Shown piece after piece: positions 30,092-39,865 of a stretch of DNA of 64,000 bases. Position 1 is the first letter of the stretch; every line of letters begins with the position of its first letter. The position numbers and the translations under genes were made by a program. The notes under the pieces were generated by a model. It made no database searches. It saw nothing but the letters and a program-made list of their open reading frames with translations, and was not told the origin of the DNA. Source of the stretch: Hormoscilla sp. Its GTDB lineage: Bacteria > Cyanobacteriota > Cyanobacteriia > Cyanobacteriales > Desertifilaceae. Where the stretch lies: assembly GCA_051439505.1 (NCBI GenBank), contig JBFRWI010000226.1, positions 9,567 through 73,566 on the forward strand, given 5' to 3'.

Positions 30092-31302
30092 AATTGACGT
30101 GCCTCCCTGGTGACAACCCAACGGGGCCAGAATGGATCGTGTCCTGGAAGAAGTTCTAGCAGTTGCTGATGAATTTGTGCTGGGGTTCTCAAGTCTGCGG
30201 GAAACTCATTCATATTCCCATTCCGCATCCATGCTGATGCTGCTGCGATCGCCAATTCTGCTTCCCGCGATCGGGCTTGTTTGAGTCCGAATATTTCGGA
30301 AGTCAACCAACCGACGATATCGCCTTGTTTGGTCCAGGTAATTGGCTTTAAGTTTACCGCTTCACCGGACAAGTCAAACAGGAATAATCTATCTTCTGCA
30401 TCGAATATCGCTTCTAGAGAAGCCAGCACCAGAGGAGAATGGGTTGTGACTAATGCCTGAAGGTTCATCTGGGACTGCAACTGGGTTACTACCTCTAAAA
30501 TAGCTGGTAAAATAGCTCGTTGCCATCGCGGATGCAAGTGAGATTCTACCTCATCGATCAGGAGTATAATCTGTTTATTAGGGTCTTGGTTCCGCAACTT
30601 TGATGCCTGGACATGTTCGTACCAAGTCCATACTAGCAAATAGGCAAGTCCGAGAATCCGCTTCATCCCAGATGAAGTATAAATCACTGGCAGGTTGCCG
30701 TAGGGAAAGTTAATCGTAGGAATATCCCGCACGTCTTCCGTGTCAACTCTGGTGGGTTCTCCTGGTGACATCCATTCTGACTCCTGGGGGGCCAGTTGTC
30801 TCAGGATCCGATCCAGCAGTTCAAATGTCGTGCGATCGGGTTGATGTTGCCATTTCACCCAATCTTGAATCAAACCATTACAGAGGACTTTCTCCCCAGA
30901 CCGCAAGCCATTCCAGAGGGTATCTGGGGTAAAATTATAGGCCCGATCGGGTTGGCGGGCGGGGTCGAAGAGGGAGAAAGCACCATCGGTACGGACGTAA
31001 ATAACTAACCATTCGGGAGTTATTTGTAGATGCTGCCATTTTTGTGCCGAGAAGTCAAAGATACTGCTTGTGGACTGTCCGGAGTTGGCGAGTTGGCAGG
31101 TAATTTCTGGGGTAATGCTGGATCCGCGTTGGGGATAGGCAGGTTGTCCGGTCCAGTTTCCGGTAAGAACCCACCAAGCAACATCCAGCAAAAAGCTTTT
31201 GCCTAAACCGTTATCCCCCGTGAAGATATTGAGTCGGTCGGCAAATTCAATTCTTATTTTCGGTGCGGGACCGACTCCCCTGAGATGAAGTTCTTTTAGC
31301 AT
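30088..31302 (-). CDS. ABC/AAA_21-type ATPase (PtuA-like)
   Basis: Walker A GDNGLGKS, SSG signature, Walker B LLIDEVESHLHPRWQ, TTHSP. Confidence 0.88.
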   Translation of the reverse strand: MLKELHLRGVGPAPKIRIEFADRLNIFTGDNGLGKSFLLDVAWWVLTGNWTGQPAYPQRGSSITPEITCQLANSGQSTSSIFDFSAQKWQHLQITPEWLVIYVRTDGAFSLFDPARQPDRAYNFTPDTLWNGLRSGEKVLCNGLIQDWVKWQHQPDRTTFELLDRILRQLAPQESEWMSPGEPTRVDTEDVRDIPTINFPYGNLPVIYTSSGMKRILGLAYLLVWTWYEHVQASKLRNQDPNKQIILLIDEVESHLHPRWQRAILPAILEVVTQLQSQMNLQALVTTHSPLVLASLEAIFDAEDRLFLFDLSGEAVNLKPITWTKQGDIVGWLTSEIFGLKQARSREAELAIAAASAWMRNGNMNEFPADLRTPAQIHQQLLELLPGHDPFWPRWVVTREARQL

Positions 31303-31399
31303 TGACTTGTGATTCGCGATCGGTTCTGATGTTCTTGTTATGGCGGATGGCGGGCGATCGGCTGTAAATGTGAGATTCCCTTAAAATTATCCCAAGTTA

Positions 31400-31580
31400 G
31401 AGGGCTACCGCTACAAACGGTCTGAATATGCCGTCAAAGGGATCCCCGAATATTGGATTGCGGATCCCAGAAATCACAGAATTACCCTCTTGACGCTGGT
31501 GAATGGATTCTATGAAGAAGCCACTTTTGAGGGGAATGACCTTCCCCCACCTGAACTTGGCCGCCTCCCAGGTGTTTATC
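31400..31580 (+). pseudogene. Uma2 family endonuclease C-terminal remnant
   Basis: YRYKRSEYAVKGIPEYWIADPRNHRITLLTLVNGFYEEATFEGND without a 5' half. Confidence 0.75.
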
Positions 31581-31657
31581 CTTAAAAAGCCTTCAGGAAA
31601 TGTAAACGCGGTTCAGTAATTTTCTCGATCTTCCGCGTCCGTTAGCTGCCGGCGTCC

Positions 31658-31725
31658 CAATACTTCTCCGTTAACAATCTGTCATTGCGAGGGGGATCAC
31701 TACGTACCCCCCCCCTCGCAATGAC
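31658..31725. mobile_element. Internally deleted copy of the CAATACTTCT MITE
   Basis: Left TIR CAATACTTCTCCGTTAA plus GTCATTGCGAG..CTCGCAATGAC only. Confidence 0.7.
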
Positions 31726-31803
31726 AAGCTATATCCAAAACCTACGAGGTATTGCGGTTTCTCGGAGAAACCGGGTTTCTGGTCTTCACGGGAAAAAGAC
31801 TTC

Positions 31804-32190
31804 TCATCTCCAAGAAACCACACAGTCTTTCTCTCCCAGCAACCGTTCTCCGACCTGCTGGAGTTCCCTCATCACCGGCTCCAGCTCGCGGCCCTTCTCC
31901 GTCAGAGAATATTCAACATGGGGCGGCACCTCTGGATAGACATGGCGTTTGAGCAAACCATGCTTTTCTAAGGCCCTGAGTCTGGCCGTCAGGGTCTTAG
32001 TGCTAATTCCCGGTAGGGCCTCTAACAGTTCGTGGGTGCGCCGCGATCCCCGTAACAGCTCAGCCAGAAGCAAAACAGACCATTTACTACTCAGGAGTTG
32101 CAGGACAAATTCAATGGGACAGGTCCGATCCCAGCACTGACTGGGGTTGAAGGTCGAACCCGGTTTGCTACCACTAGCTTTAATATTCAT
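31804..32190 (-). CDS. HxlR family winged-helix regulator
   Basis: CPIE..L..KWS..LPGISTKTLTARLR.LE..GL..R.VYPEVPPHVEYSLTEKG. Confidence 0.92.
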   Translation of the reverse strand: MNIKASGSKPGSTFNPSQCWDRTCPIEFVLQLLSSKWSVLLLAELLRGSRRTHELLEALPGISTKTLTARLRALEKHGLLKRHVYPEVPPHVEYSLTEKGRELEPVMRELQQVGERLLGEKDCVVSWR

Positions 32191-32559
32191 TTTTCCCAAT
32201 CTTGATATTTAACTTTTTCTTAATAATAACCTATATTAGCCAGAATCCGCTATTTTTTTCCTGCTGGTAACTAAGGGGATTTTACGTAACCTCCTGACAA
32301 TGGGGATCGGAATGATTAGGATGTGAATAGAGGTATTAAACGATTTCGCTCTGGCAACGGCAAGTCCGCTAGCAGCGCAGAAACATGTCGGGGAGCGACG
32401 TTTACCTATTGGGGATCAATTGTAAATGCTGCCAGCTCGGCATCAACATAATCAAGACAGGTTAAGAAAAGTTAACAGAGTTCGAGGATATTTGTAACAA
32501 AAGTACAAACTCAGACGATCTATTGCCAAAGAGATTTAAAGTGGGGAGGAAATAAATCA

Positions 32560-35040
32560 ATGTTAGAAACATTAGCAGCTAACAAACAGCAGGACCAGAT
32601 GGCCAAAGAGCAAGCCTTAGTGCTCTGGTTCGACCAAGTCGGAATCGCCAATATTCCCCTGGTAGGTGGCAAAAATGCTTCCTTGGGGGAAATGATCCAA
32701 CAACTCACCCCTAAAGGCGTCAATGTGCCCAATGGATTTGCGACCACAGCTTATGCTTACCGCTATTTCATCAAAGCTGCTGGTTTAGAAGAGAAGCTGC
32801 GCGCCCTGTTTGCAGACCTGGATGTGGAAGATTTGAAAAACCTGCGCAAACGCGGGAAACAAGCCCGGTCATTGATTCTGGAGACGCCGTTCCCGCCAGA
32901 ACTGGAAGAGGCCATCACAGAGGCTTATCAAAAATTGTGCGATCGCTATGGGGAAGACACGGATGTAGCGGTGCGATCGAGCGCCACGGCAGAAGACCTA
33001 CCGGATGCTAGCTTTGCGGGCCAGCAAGAAACCTATCTCAACGTTCACACTTCCACGGGGGTGCTGGAATGCTGCCATAAATGCTTTGCCTCCATCTTCA
33101 CCGATCGGGCGATCTCCTATCGCGAAATCAAAGGTTTCGATCATTTTGATGTGGCCCTCTCGGCAGGGATCCAGAAAATGGTGCGTTCCGACTTAGCATC
33201 ATCGGGGGTGATGTTCTCCATCGACACGGAAACGGGCTTCAAAAATGCGGCCCTGATCACTGGTGCTTACGGGTTAGGAGAAAATGTCGTTCAAGGTGCG
33301 GTCAACCCAGACGAATACTTCGTGTTCAAGCCGACTCTCACCCAAGGGTACCGCCCGATCCTGGAAAAACGCCTGGGCAGCAAAGAAATCAAAATGGTCT
33401 ACGATTTGGGCGGCTCCAAATATACTAAGAACGTGCCCGTGCCCCGATCGGAACGGATCAAGTTCTGCATCAGCGATGACGAGATTCTACAGCTGGCTCG
33501 CTGGGCAATGTTGATTGAAGAACATTACTCTCAGGTGCGGGGCAGCTACACGCCGATGGACATCGAGTGGGCCAAAGATGGCCTCACGGGAGAACTGTTC
33601 GTGGTGCAAGCCCGTCCGGAAACGGTACAATCTCAGAAATCTGCTAGCGTTCTGCGCAGCTGTCGGCTGCAAGGCACCAGTGAGGTATTGGTGACTGGTC
33701 GTGCTGTGGGGGAAAGCATCGGTCAGGGCCAGGCCCGCGTGATTCTGGATGTCCACCAGATCGATGAGTTCCAAGCAGGGGAAGTGTTGGTGACCAACAA
33801 GACGGACCCGGACTGGGAACCGATCATGAAGAAAGCAAGTGCGATCGTTACTAACCAAGGGGGACGCACCTGTCACGCGGCCATTATTGCCCGGGAGATG
33901 GGCATTCCAGCGATCGTTGGTTGCGGTGATGCTACCAAGCTGTTGCAAACGGGTCAAGAGGTGACGATTTCTTGTTGTGAAGGAGAAGAAGGACGGGTTT
34001 ATGCGGGTATGGTCCCCTTTGAAATACAAGAAACCCCGATCGACAACTTGCCTCACACCAAGACCAAGATTTTGATGAATGTGGGCAACCCCGAAGAAGC
34101 TTTCAGTCTCGCTGCTATTCCCTGCGATGGCGTCGGGTTGGCGCGGTTGGAGTTCATCATTGCCAACCACATTAAGGTTCACCCCCTGGCCTTGGTTCAT
34201 TACCAGCAGTTGGAAGATCGATCGGTCAAAGCAGAAATTGGCGAGTTAACAGCCCTGTACAATTATAAACCCGATTTCTTCATCGACAAGCTGGCTTACG
34301 GTATCGGGACGATCGCCGCCGCCTTCTATCCCAACCCAGTAGTCGTGCGGATGTCGGACTTCAAGAGCAACGAATATGCTAACCTTTTGGGAGGGGAGCA
34401 GTTCGAGCCGAAGGAAGAAAACCCGATGATCGGGTGGCGGGGTGCCTCTCGTTATTACGACCCCAAATACCGGGAAGCTTTTGGTCTGGAATGCCAAGCG
34501 ATGAAGCGAGTCCGGGACGAGATGGGTTTGACGAATGTCATCCCGATGGTTCCCTTCTGTCGCACCCCCGATGAGGGTCGCAAGGTGTTAGCAGAAATGG
34601 AGAAAAATGGCTTGCAGCGGGGCGAAAATGGCTTGCAGGTTTACGTGATGTGCGAGTTACCCAGCAATGTCATCTTTGCCGATGAGTTCAGTCAAGTGTT
34701 TGACGGTTTCTCCATTGGTTCCAATGACCTGACGCAGCTAACATTAGGTTTGGACCGGGATTCCGCTTTGGTGGCCCATATCTTTGACGAACGGAATGAA
34801 GCAGTCAAGCGCATGGTCAAGATTGCTATCAAGGCCGCGAAGAAGTACGATCGCAAGATCGGGATTTGCGGTCAAGCGCCTTCAGACTATCCGGAATTTG
34901 CTCGTTTCTTGGTGGAGACGGGAATTGACTCCATCAGTTTAAATCCAGATTCCGTGCTCAAGACAATCCTGGATATTGGTAAGATGGAAAATTCTGGTGA
35001 GATGATGGATGTAGTCGGGGATGTGGCTAAAATTCAGTAA
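32560..35040 (+). CDS. ppsA: Phosphoenolpyruvate synthase, copy 1 (canonical motifs)
   Basis: VGGKNASLGEM, RSSATAED, GGRTCHAA, GLARLE, FSIGSNDLTQ, ICGQ. Confidence 0.97.
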   Translation: MLETLAANKQQDQMAKEQALVLWFDQVGIANIPLVGGKNASLGEMIQQLTPKGVNVPNGFATTAYAYRYFIKAAGLEEKLRALFADLDVEDLKNLRKRGKQARSLILETPFPPELEEAITEAYQKLCDRYGEDTDVAVRSSATAEDLPDASFAGQQETYLNVHTSTGVLECCHKCFASIFTDRAISYREIKGFDHFDVALSAGIQKMVRSDLASSGVMFSIDTETGFKNAALITGAYGLGENVVQGAVNPDEYFVFKPTLTQGYRPILEKRLGSKEIKMVYDLGGSKYTKNVPVPRSERIKFCISDDEILQLARWAMLIEEHYSQVRGSYTPMDIEWAKDGLTGELFVVQARPETVQSQKSASVLRSCRLQGTSEVLVTGRAVGESIGQGQARVILDVHQIDEFQAGEVLVTNKTDPDWEPIMKKASAIVTNQGGRTCHAAIIAREMGIPAIVGCGDATKLLQTGQEVTISCCEGEEGRVYAGMVPFEIQETPIDNLPHTKTKILMNVGNPEEAFSLAAIPCDGVGLARLEFIIANHIKVHPLALVHYQQLEDRSVKAEIGELTALYNYKPDFFIDKLAYGIGTIAAAFYPNPVVVRMSDFKSNEYANLLGGEQFEPKEENPMIGWRGASRYYDPKYREAFGLECQAMKRVRDEMGLTNVIPMVPFCRTPDEGRKVLAEMEKNGLQRGENGLQVYVMCELPSNVIFADEFSQVFDGFSIGSNDLTQLTLGLDRDSALVAHIFDERNEAVKRMVKIAIKAAKKYDRKIGICGQAPSDYPEFARFLVETGIDSISLNPDSVLKTILDIGKMENSGEMMDVVGDVAKIQ

Positions 35041-35657
35041 TACAAGGAAACAAGCACTCTCTTAATATTTAGATACTGCTCTGGCATGATTTTGTGCTCG
35101 GGCAGTTTTTTTGATGTCGAATATATTTATATAAAGTCGGGGCAATTACCCACAAGAAAGCCACCTCGAAACCTCGAAGGGATTTCACCCGATGCCGCTG
35201 GTATGCACGGGACGTCAGGAGCCTGTGCAGCCATATGCAATAATTGGAAATTTGTAATTCACAATTAAAATTTTATTGATATTCATTTATTTGCGCTCCC
35301 GATATTTAATTTTTTCTTAACGATCGCCTATATAGCCCAGAAGCCGTCATTTCTTTCCTCCTGGTAACTAAGGGAATTTCACGTAACCTCCTGACAATGG
35401 GGCTCGAAATGATTAGGATGTAAATAGAGGAAGTTAACCCCCGAGAACAGACAATAGCAATCGCGCAGATAGAGAATAAAACAGTCGGGGATCGATAGTA
35501 AAATAGTGGGGATCGAGATTTAGGCGATCCCAGTTGGGGAACAGAACATAAAAAACAGGTTAATAAACTTTCACCATCACAGAGGTGAGTTGTTACAAGA
35601 GTCCAAGCTAGCAATACTCTTACATTAGGAGAGTAGGAGTAGGGAGGAAATAAATCA

Positions 35658-38144
35658 ATGGTACAAACATTAACAGTTAGCAAGCAGCATTCTCTGGTAG
35701 TTTCTTCGGAAGCCTTGGTGCTATGGCTCGATCGGGTGGATCTCGCTGAGATCTCCTTGGTGGGCGGCAAAAATGCTTCCTTGGGAGAAATGATTCAACA
35801 GTTGAGTCCCAAAGGTGTGAATGTGCCCTATGGTTTTGCCACCACATCTTATGCTTACCGTTACTTCATCGCCGAGGCGGGTTTGGAAGCAACCCTGCGA
35901 TCGCTGTTTGCGGACCTGGACACCAAGGATCTGCAAAACCTGCGCCAACGGGCGAAGCAAGCCCGAGCGTTGATGAGGGAGACGCCTTTTCCTTTAGAAT
36001 TGGAACGGGCCATTATCGGGGCTTATCAAACATTGTGCGATCGCTACGGAGAAAATGTCGATGTAGCGGTGCGATCGAGTGCCACAGCGGAGGAATTGCC
36101 GGATGCGAGTTTTGCCGGTCAGCAGGAAAGCTATCTAAATGTTCGCAATGCCAAGGATCTGTTGGAATGCTGCCATAAATGTTTTGCCTCCATTTTCAGC
36201 GATCGGGCTATATATTATCGGGAAGAGAAAGGGTTCGACCATTTTGACGTGGCCCTGTCGGTGGGGGTGCAGAAAATGGTGCGATCGGACTTAGCATCCT
36301 CGGGGGTAATGTTCTCGATCGACACGGAAACGGGGTTCAAAAATGCGGTCTCGATCGCCGCTGCTTACGGGTTGGGAGAAAATGTCGTCCGAGGTGCGGT
36401 CAACCCAGACGAATACATAGTATTCAAACCGACTCTCAAGGAAGGGTACCGCCCGATCTTGGAAAAGCGCCTGGGTAGCAAAGAAACGAAAATGATCTAC
36501 GCTTTGGGGGGTTTCCGGCGGATTAAAAACCTGCCCGTGGCCCGGGAGTTCCAGGGGCAATACTGCCTCAAGGACTCCGAGATTCTCCAATTAGCTCGCT
36601 GGGCAATGTTAATAGAAGAACATTATACTCAGGTACGGGGCAGCTATACGCCCATGGATATCGAATGGGCGAAAGATGGCATCACGGGCGAACTGTTCGT
36701 GGTTCAGGCCCGTCCGGAAACGGTAACTTCTCGGAGATCGGGTAATGTTCTGCGCAGTTATCAACTGCAACAGAAAAGTGAAGTGTTGGTGACCGGTCGG
36801 GCGGTGGGCGATCGCATCGGTCAGGGCCAGGCCCGGGTAATTTTGGATCCCTGCAAAATAGATGAATTCCAAGCAGGGGAAGTGTTGGTGACCAACAAGA
36901 CGGACCCCGACTGGGAACCGATCGTGAAGAAAGCAAGCGCGATCGTGACTAACCAAGGGGGACGGACCTGCCACGCGGCCATTATTGCCCGGGAGATGGG
37001 CATTCCGGCGATCGTCGGTTGCGGGGATGCCACCCAGGTATTGCAAACGGGTCAAGAGGTAACGATCGCCTGTTCGGAAGGAGAGAAAGGGCGGGTTTAT
37101 GCAGGTCTGTTACCCTACCAGCTGCGAGAAACCCCGCTGGATAAAATACCGGGCACGAAGACCAAGATTTTGATGAACGTGGGGAACCCCTCCGAAGCAT
37201 TTAAGCTAGCGGCCATTCCCTGCGATGGGGTGGGGTTAGCGAAGTTAGAGTTCATCATTGCCAAGCAGATTGGGATCCATCCCCTGGCATTGATGCATTA
37301 CCAGAAATTGCAAGATAAATCTGTCAAAGCCAAAATTGCCGAGTTAACATCCCTGTACAATTATAAACCCGATTTCTTCATCGACAAGTTGGCTTACGGC
37401 ATGGGGACGATCGCCGCCGCCTTTTATCCGAACCCAGTAGTAGTGAGGATGTCGGACTTGAAGAGCAACGAATATGCTAACCTGTTGGGAGGGGAGCAGT
37501 TCGAGTTGAAGGAAGAAAATCCGACGATCGGGTGGCGGGGTGCGTCTCGTTATTACGACCCGGAATATCGGGAAGCTTTTGGTCTGGAATGCCAAGCGAT
37601 GAAGCGAGTCAGGGACGAGATGGGTTTGACTAATGTTATTGCGATGATTCCCTTCTGTCGCACCCCGGAAGAGGGACTCCAGGTGTTAGCAGAAATGGAG
37701 AAATATGGCTTAAACAGGGGGGAAAACGGCTTGCAGGTTTACGTGATGTGCGAGTTACCCAGTAACATCATCCTTGCAGATGAATTCAGCCAAGTATTTG
37801 ACGGTTTCTCCATTTGCTCCAATGACCTGAGTCAGTCAACATTAGGATTAGAGCGAGATTCCGCTTTAGTGGCCCATATCTTTGACGAACGGCAGGAAGC
37901 TGTCAAGCGCATGGTACAGATGGCTATTACAGCCGCCAAGAAGTGCGATCGCCCGATCGGGATATGCGGTCAAGGGCCTTCAGACTATCCCGAATTCGCG
38001 CGTTTCTTGGTAGAGTTAGGAATAGACTCGATCAGTTTAAATCCCGATTGCCTGGTGAAGACAATGCTGGATATTGCTAAGATGGAAGAGTCTAAGCAAT
38101 TCAAAATTCAAAATTCAAAATTCAAAATGGGGGAAAGCCATTGA
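35658..38144 (+). CDS. ppsA: Phosphoenolpyruvate synthase paralog, copy 2 (divergent motifs)
   Basis: Colinear with copy 1 and keeps the catalytic His and Cys, but has GLAKLE, SATAEE and FSICSNDLSQ. Confidence 0.93.
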   Translation: MVQTLTVSKQHSLVVSSEALVLWLDRVDLAEISLVGGKNASLGEMIQQLSPKGVNVPYGFATTSYAYRYFIAEAGLEATLRSLFADLDTKDLQNLRQRAKQARALMRETPFPLELERAIIGAYQTLCDRYGENVDVAVRSSATAEELPDASFAGQQESYLNVRNAKDLLECCHKCFASIFSDRAIYYREEKGFDHFDVALSVGVQKMVRSDLASSGVMFSIDTETGFKNAVSIAAAYGLGENVVRGAVNPDEYIVFKPTLKEGYRPILEKRLGSKETKMIYALGGFRRIKNLPVAREFQGQYCLKDSEILQLARWAMLIEEHYTQVRGSYTPMDIEWAKDGITGELFVVQARPETVTSRRSGNVLRSYQLQQKSEVLVTGRAVGDRIGQGQARVILDPCKIDEFQAGEVLVTNKTDPDWEPIVKKASAIVTNQGGRTCHAAIIAREMGIPAIVGCGDATQVLQTGQEVTIACSEGEKGRVYAGLLPYQLRETPLDKIPGTKTKILMNVGNPSEAFKLAAIPCDGVGLAKLEFIIAKQIGIHPLALMHYQKLQDKSVKAKIAELTSLYNYKPDFFIDKLAYGMGTIAAAFYPNPVVVRMSDLKSNEYANLLGGEQFELKEENPTIGWRGASRYYDPEYREAFGLECQAMKRVRDEMGLTNVIAMIPFCRTPEEGLQVLAEMEKYGLNRGENGLQVYVMCELPSNIILADEFSQVFDGFSICSNDLSQSTLGLERDSALVAHIFDERQEAVKRMVQMAITAAKKCDRPIGICGQGPSDYPEFARFLVELGIDSISLNPDCLVKTMLDIAKMEESKQFKIQNSKFKMGESH

Positions 38145-38194
38145 GAACAAGAGTTTCAGCGTTTCGACCTATGCAACTTAAAGGCGTGACAGCT
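38095..38194. mobile_element. TA-flanked 100-bp element inserted into the last codons of ppsA copy 2
   Basis: GAGTC-TA-[AGCAATTC...GACAGCT]-TA-GGGCGATGATGGATAAATAA; removing it restores an ending MEESRAMMDK* that aligns with copy 1. Confidence 0.75.
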
Positions 38195-38471
38195 TAGGGC
38201 GATGATGGATAAATAATACAAGTTTCACCCTCTTAATTTTAGATCCTGCTCTGGTATGATTTTGTGCTAGAGCAGTTTTTTTGGCTTCGTTGTTAGCCCG
38301 CCGGGGGTTCAAACCCCCTACGTTCCCAGGCGGGAGCCAGGGAACTCGGTAGGAGTCGGTTAAAACCGACTAATAGCATTTGGAGTAGCATTTGGAGTAG
38401 GGTGGGCACCGCCCACCATCAAGTTTTTTTGATGTAGAATAGATTTACGGACTATCCCAAGAGCAATAACT

Positions 38472-38663
38472 ATGATCGATACTACAGTAAAGTCACGAGT
38501 CCTCAAAACAGTCGAGGAAATGCCCCCAAATGTTACTTTCACTGACATTATGGAGCGGCTTTATTTTCTTTACAAGATTGACCGAGGTTTGCAGCAAGTA
38601 GAAGCAGGGGACACTCTGTCCCATGAAGAAGCGAAAAAGCGAATTAAGACATGGCACGAGTAA
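38472..38663 (+). CDS. Putative type II antitoxin
   Basis: 63 aa, LYFLYKIDRGLQQVEAGDTLSHEEAKKR; overlaps a RelE/ParE-like start. Confidence 0.65.
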   Translation: MIDTTVKSRVLKTVEEMPPNVTFTDIMERLYFLYKIDRGLQQVEAGDTLSHEEAKKRIKTWHE

Positions 38664-38697
38664 AATGGACTTCTCAGGCATTAACTCCCAGTCATAA
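38651..38697 (+). pseudogene. RelE/ParE toxin N-terminal stub
   Basis: MARVKWTSQAL followed by an early stop. Confidence 0.5.
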
Positions 38698-38745
38698 TCA
38701 GTCATAATATGCTAGCATATGATCGTTGACCAGAGCGTAATCATT

Positions 38746-38991
38746 ATGAACCTCGTGATTCCTGAGGATATTATCCGATCGACCAAGATGAGTGAAGATG
38801 AATTGCAGCTAGAACTGGCGATCGCCCTGTACAAGCAGGATTTGATCAGTAGCGGGAAAGTCCGCGCCTGGACTGGACTGACCGTACTGGAATTCCAACA
38901 CGAACTGGCTAAGCGCGGTCTTTGTATCAACTATGATGTAGAGGACTTTGAGGCTGATGTAAAGACGCTGCAATCTTTGGGGCTACTATGA
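38746..38991 (+). CDS. UPF0175 family antitoxin-like protein
   Basis: ELAIALYKQDLISSGK....GL...EFQHELAKRG..INYDVEDFEAD. Confidence 0.85.
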   Translation: MNLVIPEDIIRSTKMSEDELQLELAIALYKQDLISSGKVRAWTGLTVLEFQHELAKRGLCINYDVEDFEADVKTLQSLGLL

Positions 38992-39721
38992 TTGTTGTTA
39001 GCGATACCTCACCGATTACGAATTTAGCAGCGATCGCTCAGCTAGACCTGCTGCAACAACCAATACTTCTCGGTTAACAACTTTGTCATTGCGAGGGGGG
39101 CTCCCAAATCGATATTTTACCCGCTCTCCGCTATTACCCCCCCCCGAAGCAATCTCACCGACCACGCCGGAAAACTATTGATCTCATACAGGGTGGGGGG
39201 ATTGCTTCGGGGGGTCAATTCATAAAGCATAAATTAATCGCTACGTTTCCCCCTCGCAATGACAATAAAATGCTTAACCGAAAAGTTTGCTGCAACAACT
39301 GTACAACCGCATAGTCATACCTACAGCCGTTTATAACGAGATGGTGGGAGTCAATAATAACGTTCCCGGTGCGGTAGAAGTTCAAACCTTACCCTGGATT
39401 CAAATGCAAGGGGTTGTAGATTCCCAACGAGTTAGACTTATTCAGGAAACTCAGGCAAATATTGACTTGGGCGAAGCAGAAGCGATCGTTTTGGCAATAG
39501 ATATAAACGCCGATATCCTCCTGATGGACGAACGGCGTGGCAGGGCGGTAGCAATAAGCTATGGGCTGAATGTAACTGGGTTGCTGGGAATTCTATTGCA
39601 AGCTAAACGGAACGGTATAATTTTAGCGGTTAAGCCACTAATGGATCGATTGATCGAGGAGGCAGACTTTCGGGTTAGCAGTCAGTTGTACGCAAACATA
39701 TTGCAATTGGCTGGGGAATAG
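38988..39721 (+). pseudogene. DUF3368 PIN-like protein disrupted by a MITE
   Basis: MIVVSDTSPITNLAAIAQLDLLQQ | insertion | LYNRIVIP..DLGEAEAI..LMDERRGR..GLLGIL; insert plus TSD is 239 bp, a frameshift. Confidence 0.9.
39061..39289. mobile_element. MITE with 10-bp target-site duplication
   Basis: TIRs CAATACTTCTCGGTTAA / TTAACCGAAAAGTTTG; CTGCAACAAC at 39051-39060 and 39290-39299. Confidence 0.93.
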
Positions 39722-39865
39722 TTAGTTAGTAGGTTGGGTTGACGCCAGGAAACCCAACTCCAACAGCAGCAACTGGTTGGGTAAGGGACCTCAACCCAAC
39801 CTACAGCAAGATTGGTGGTAGCGGTTTTCCTAAATCCTCCGGGCCCTGTATCGGAGGGTATTGAT

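Noticed and set aside
29522..31302. Retron (Ec78-type) system
   Set aside because: No reverse transcriptase or recognisable msr/msd nearby.
32494..32506. NtcA box upstream of ppsA
   Set aside because: Spacing is GTA-N7-TAC rather than N8, and it is not conserved in copy 2.
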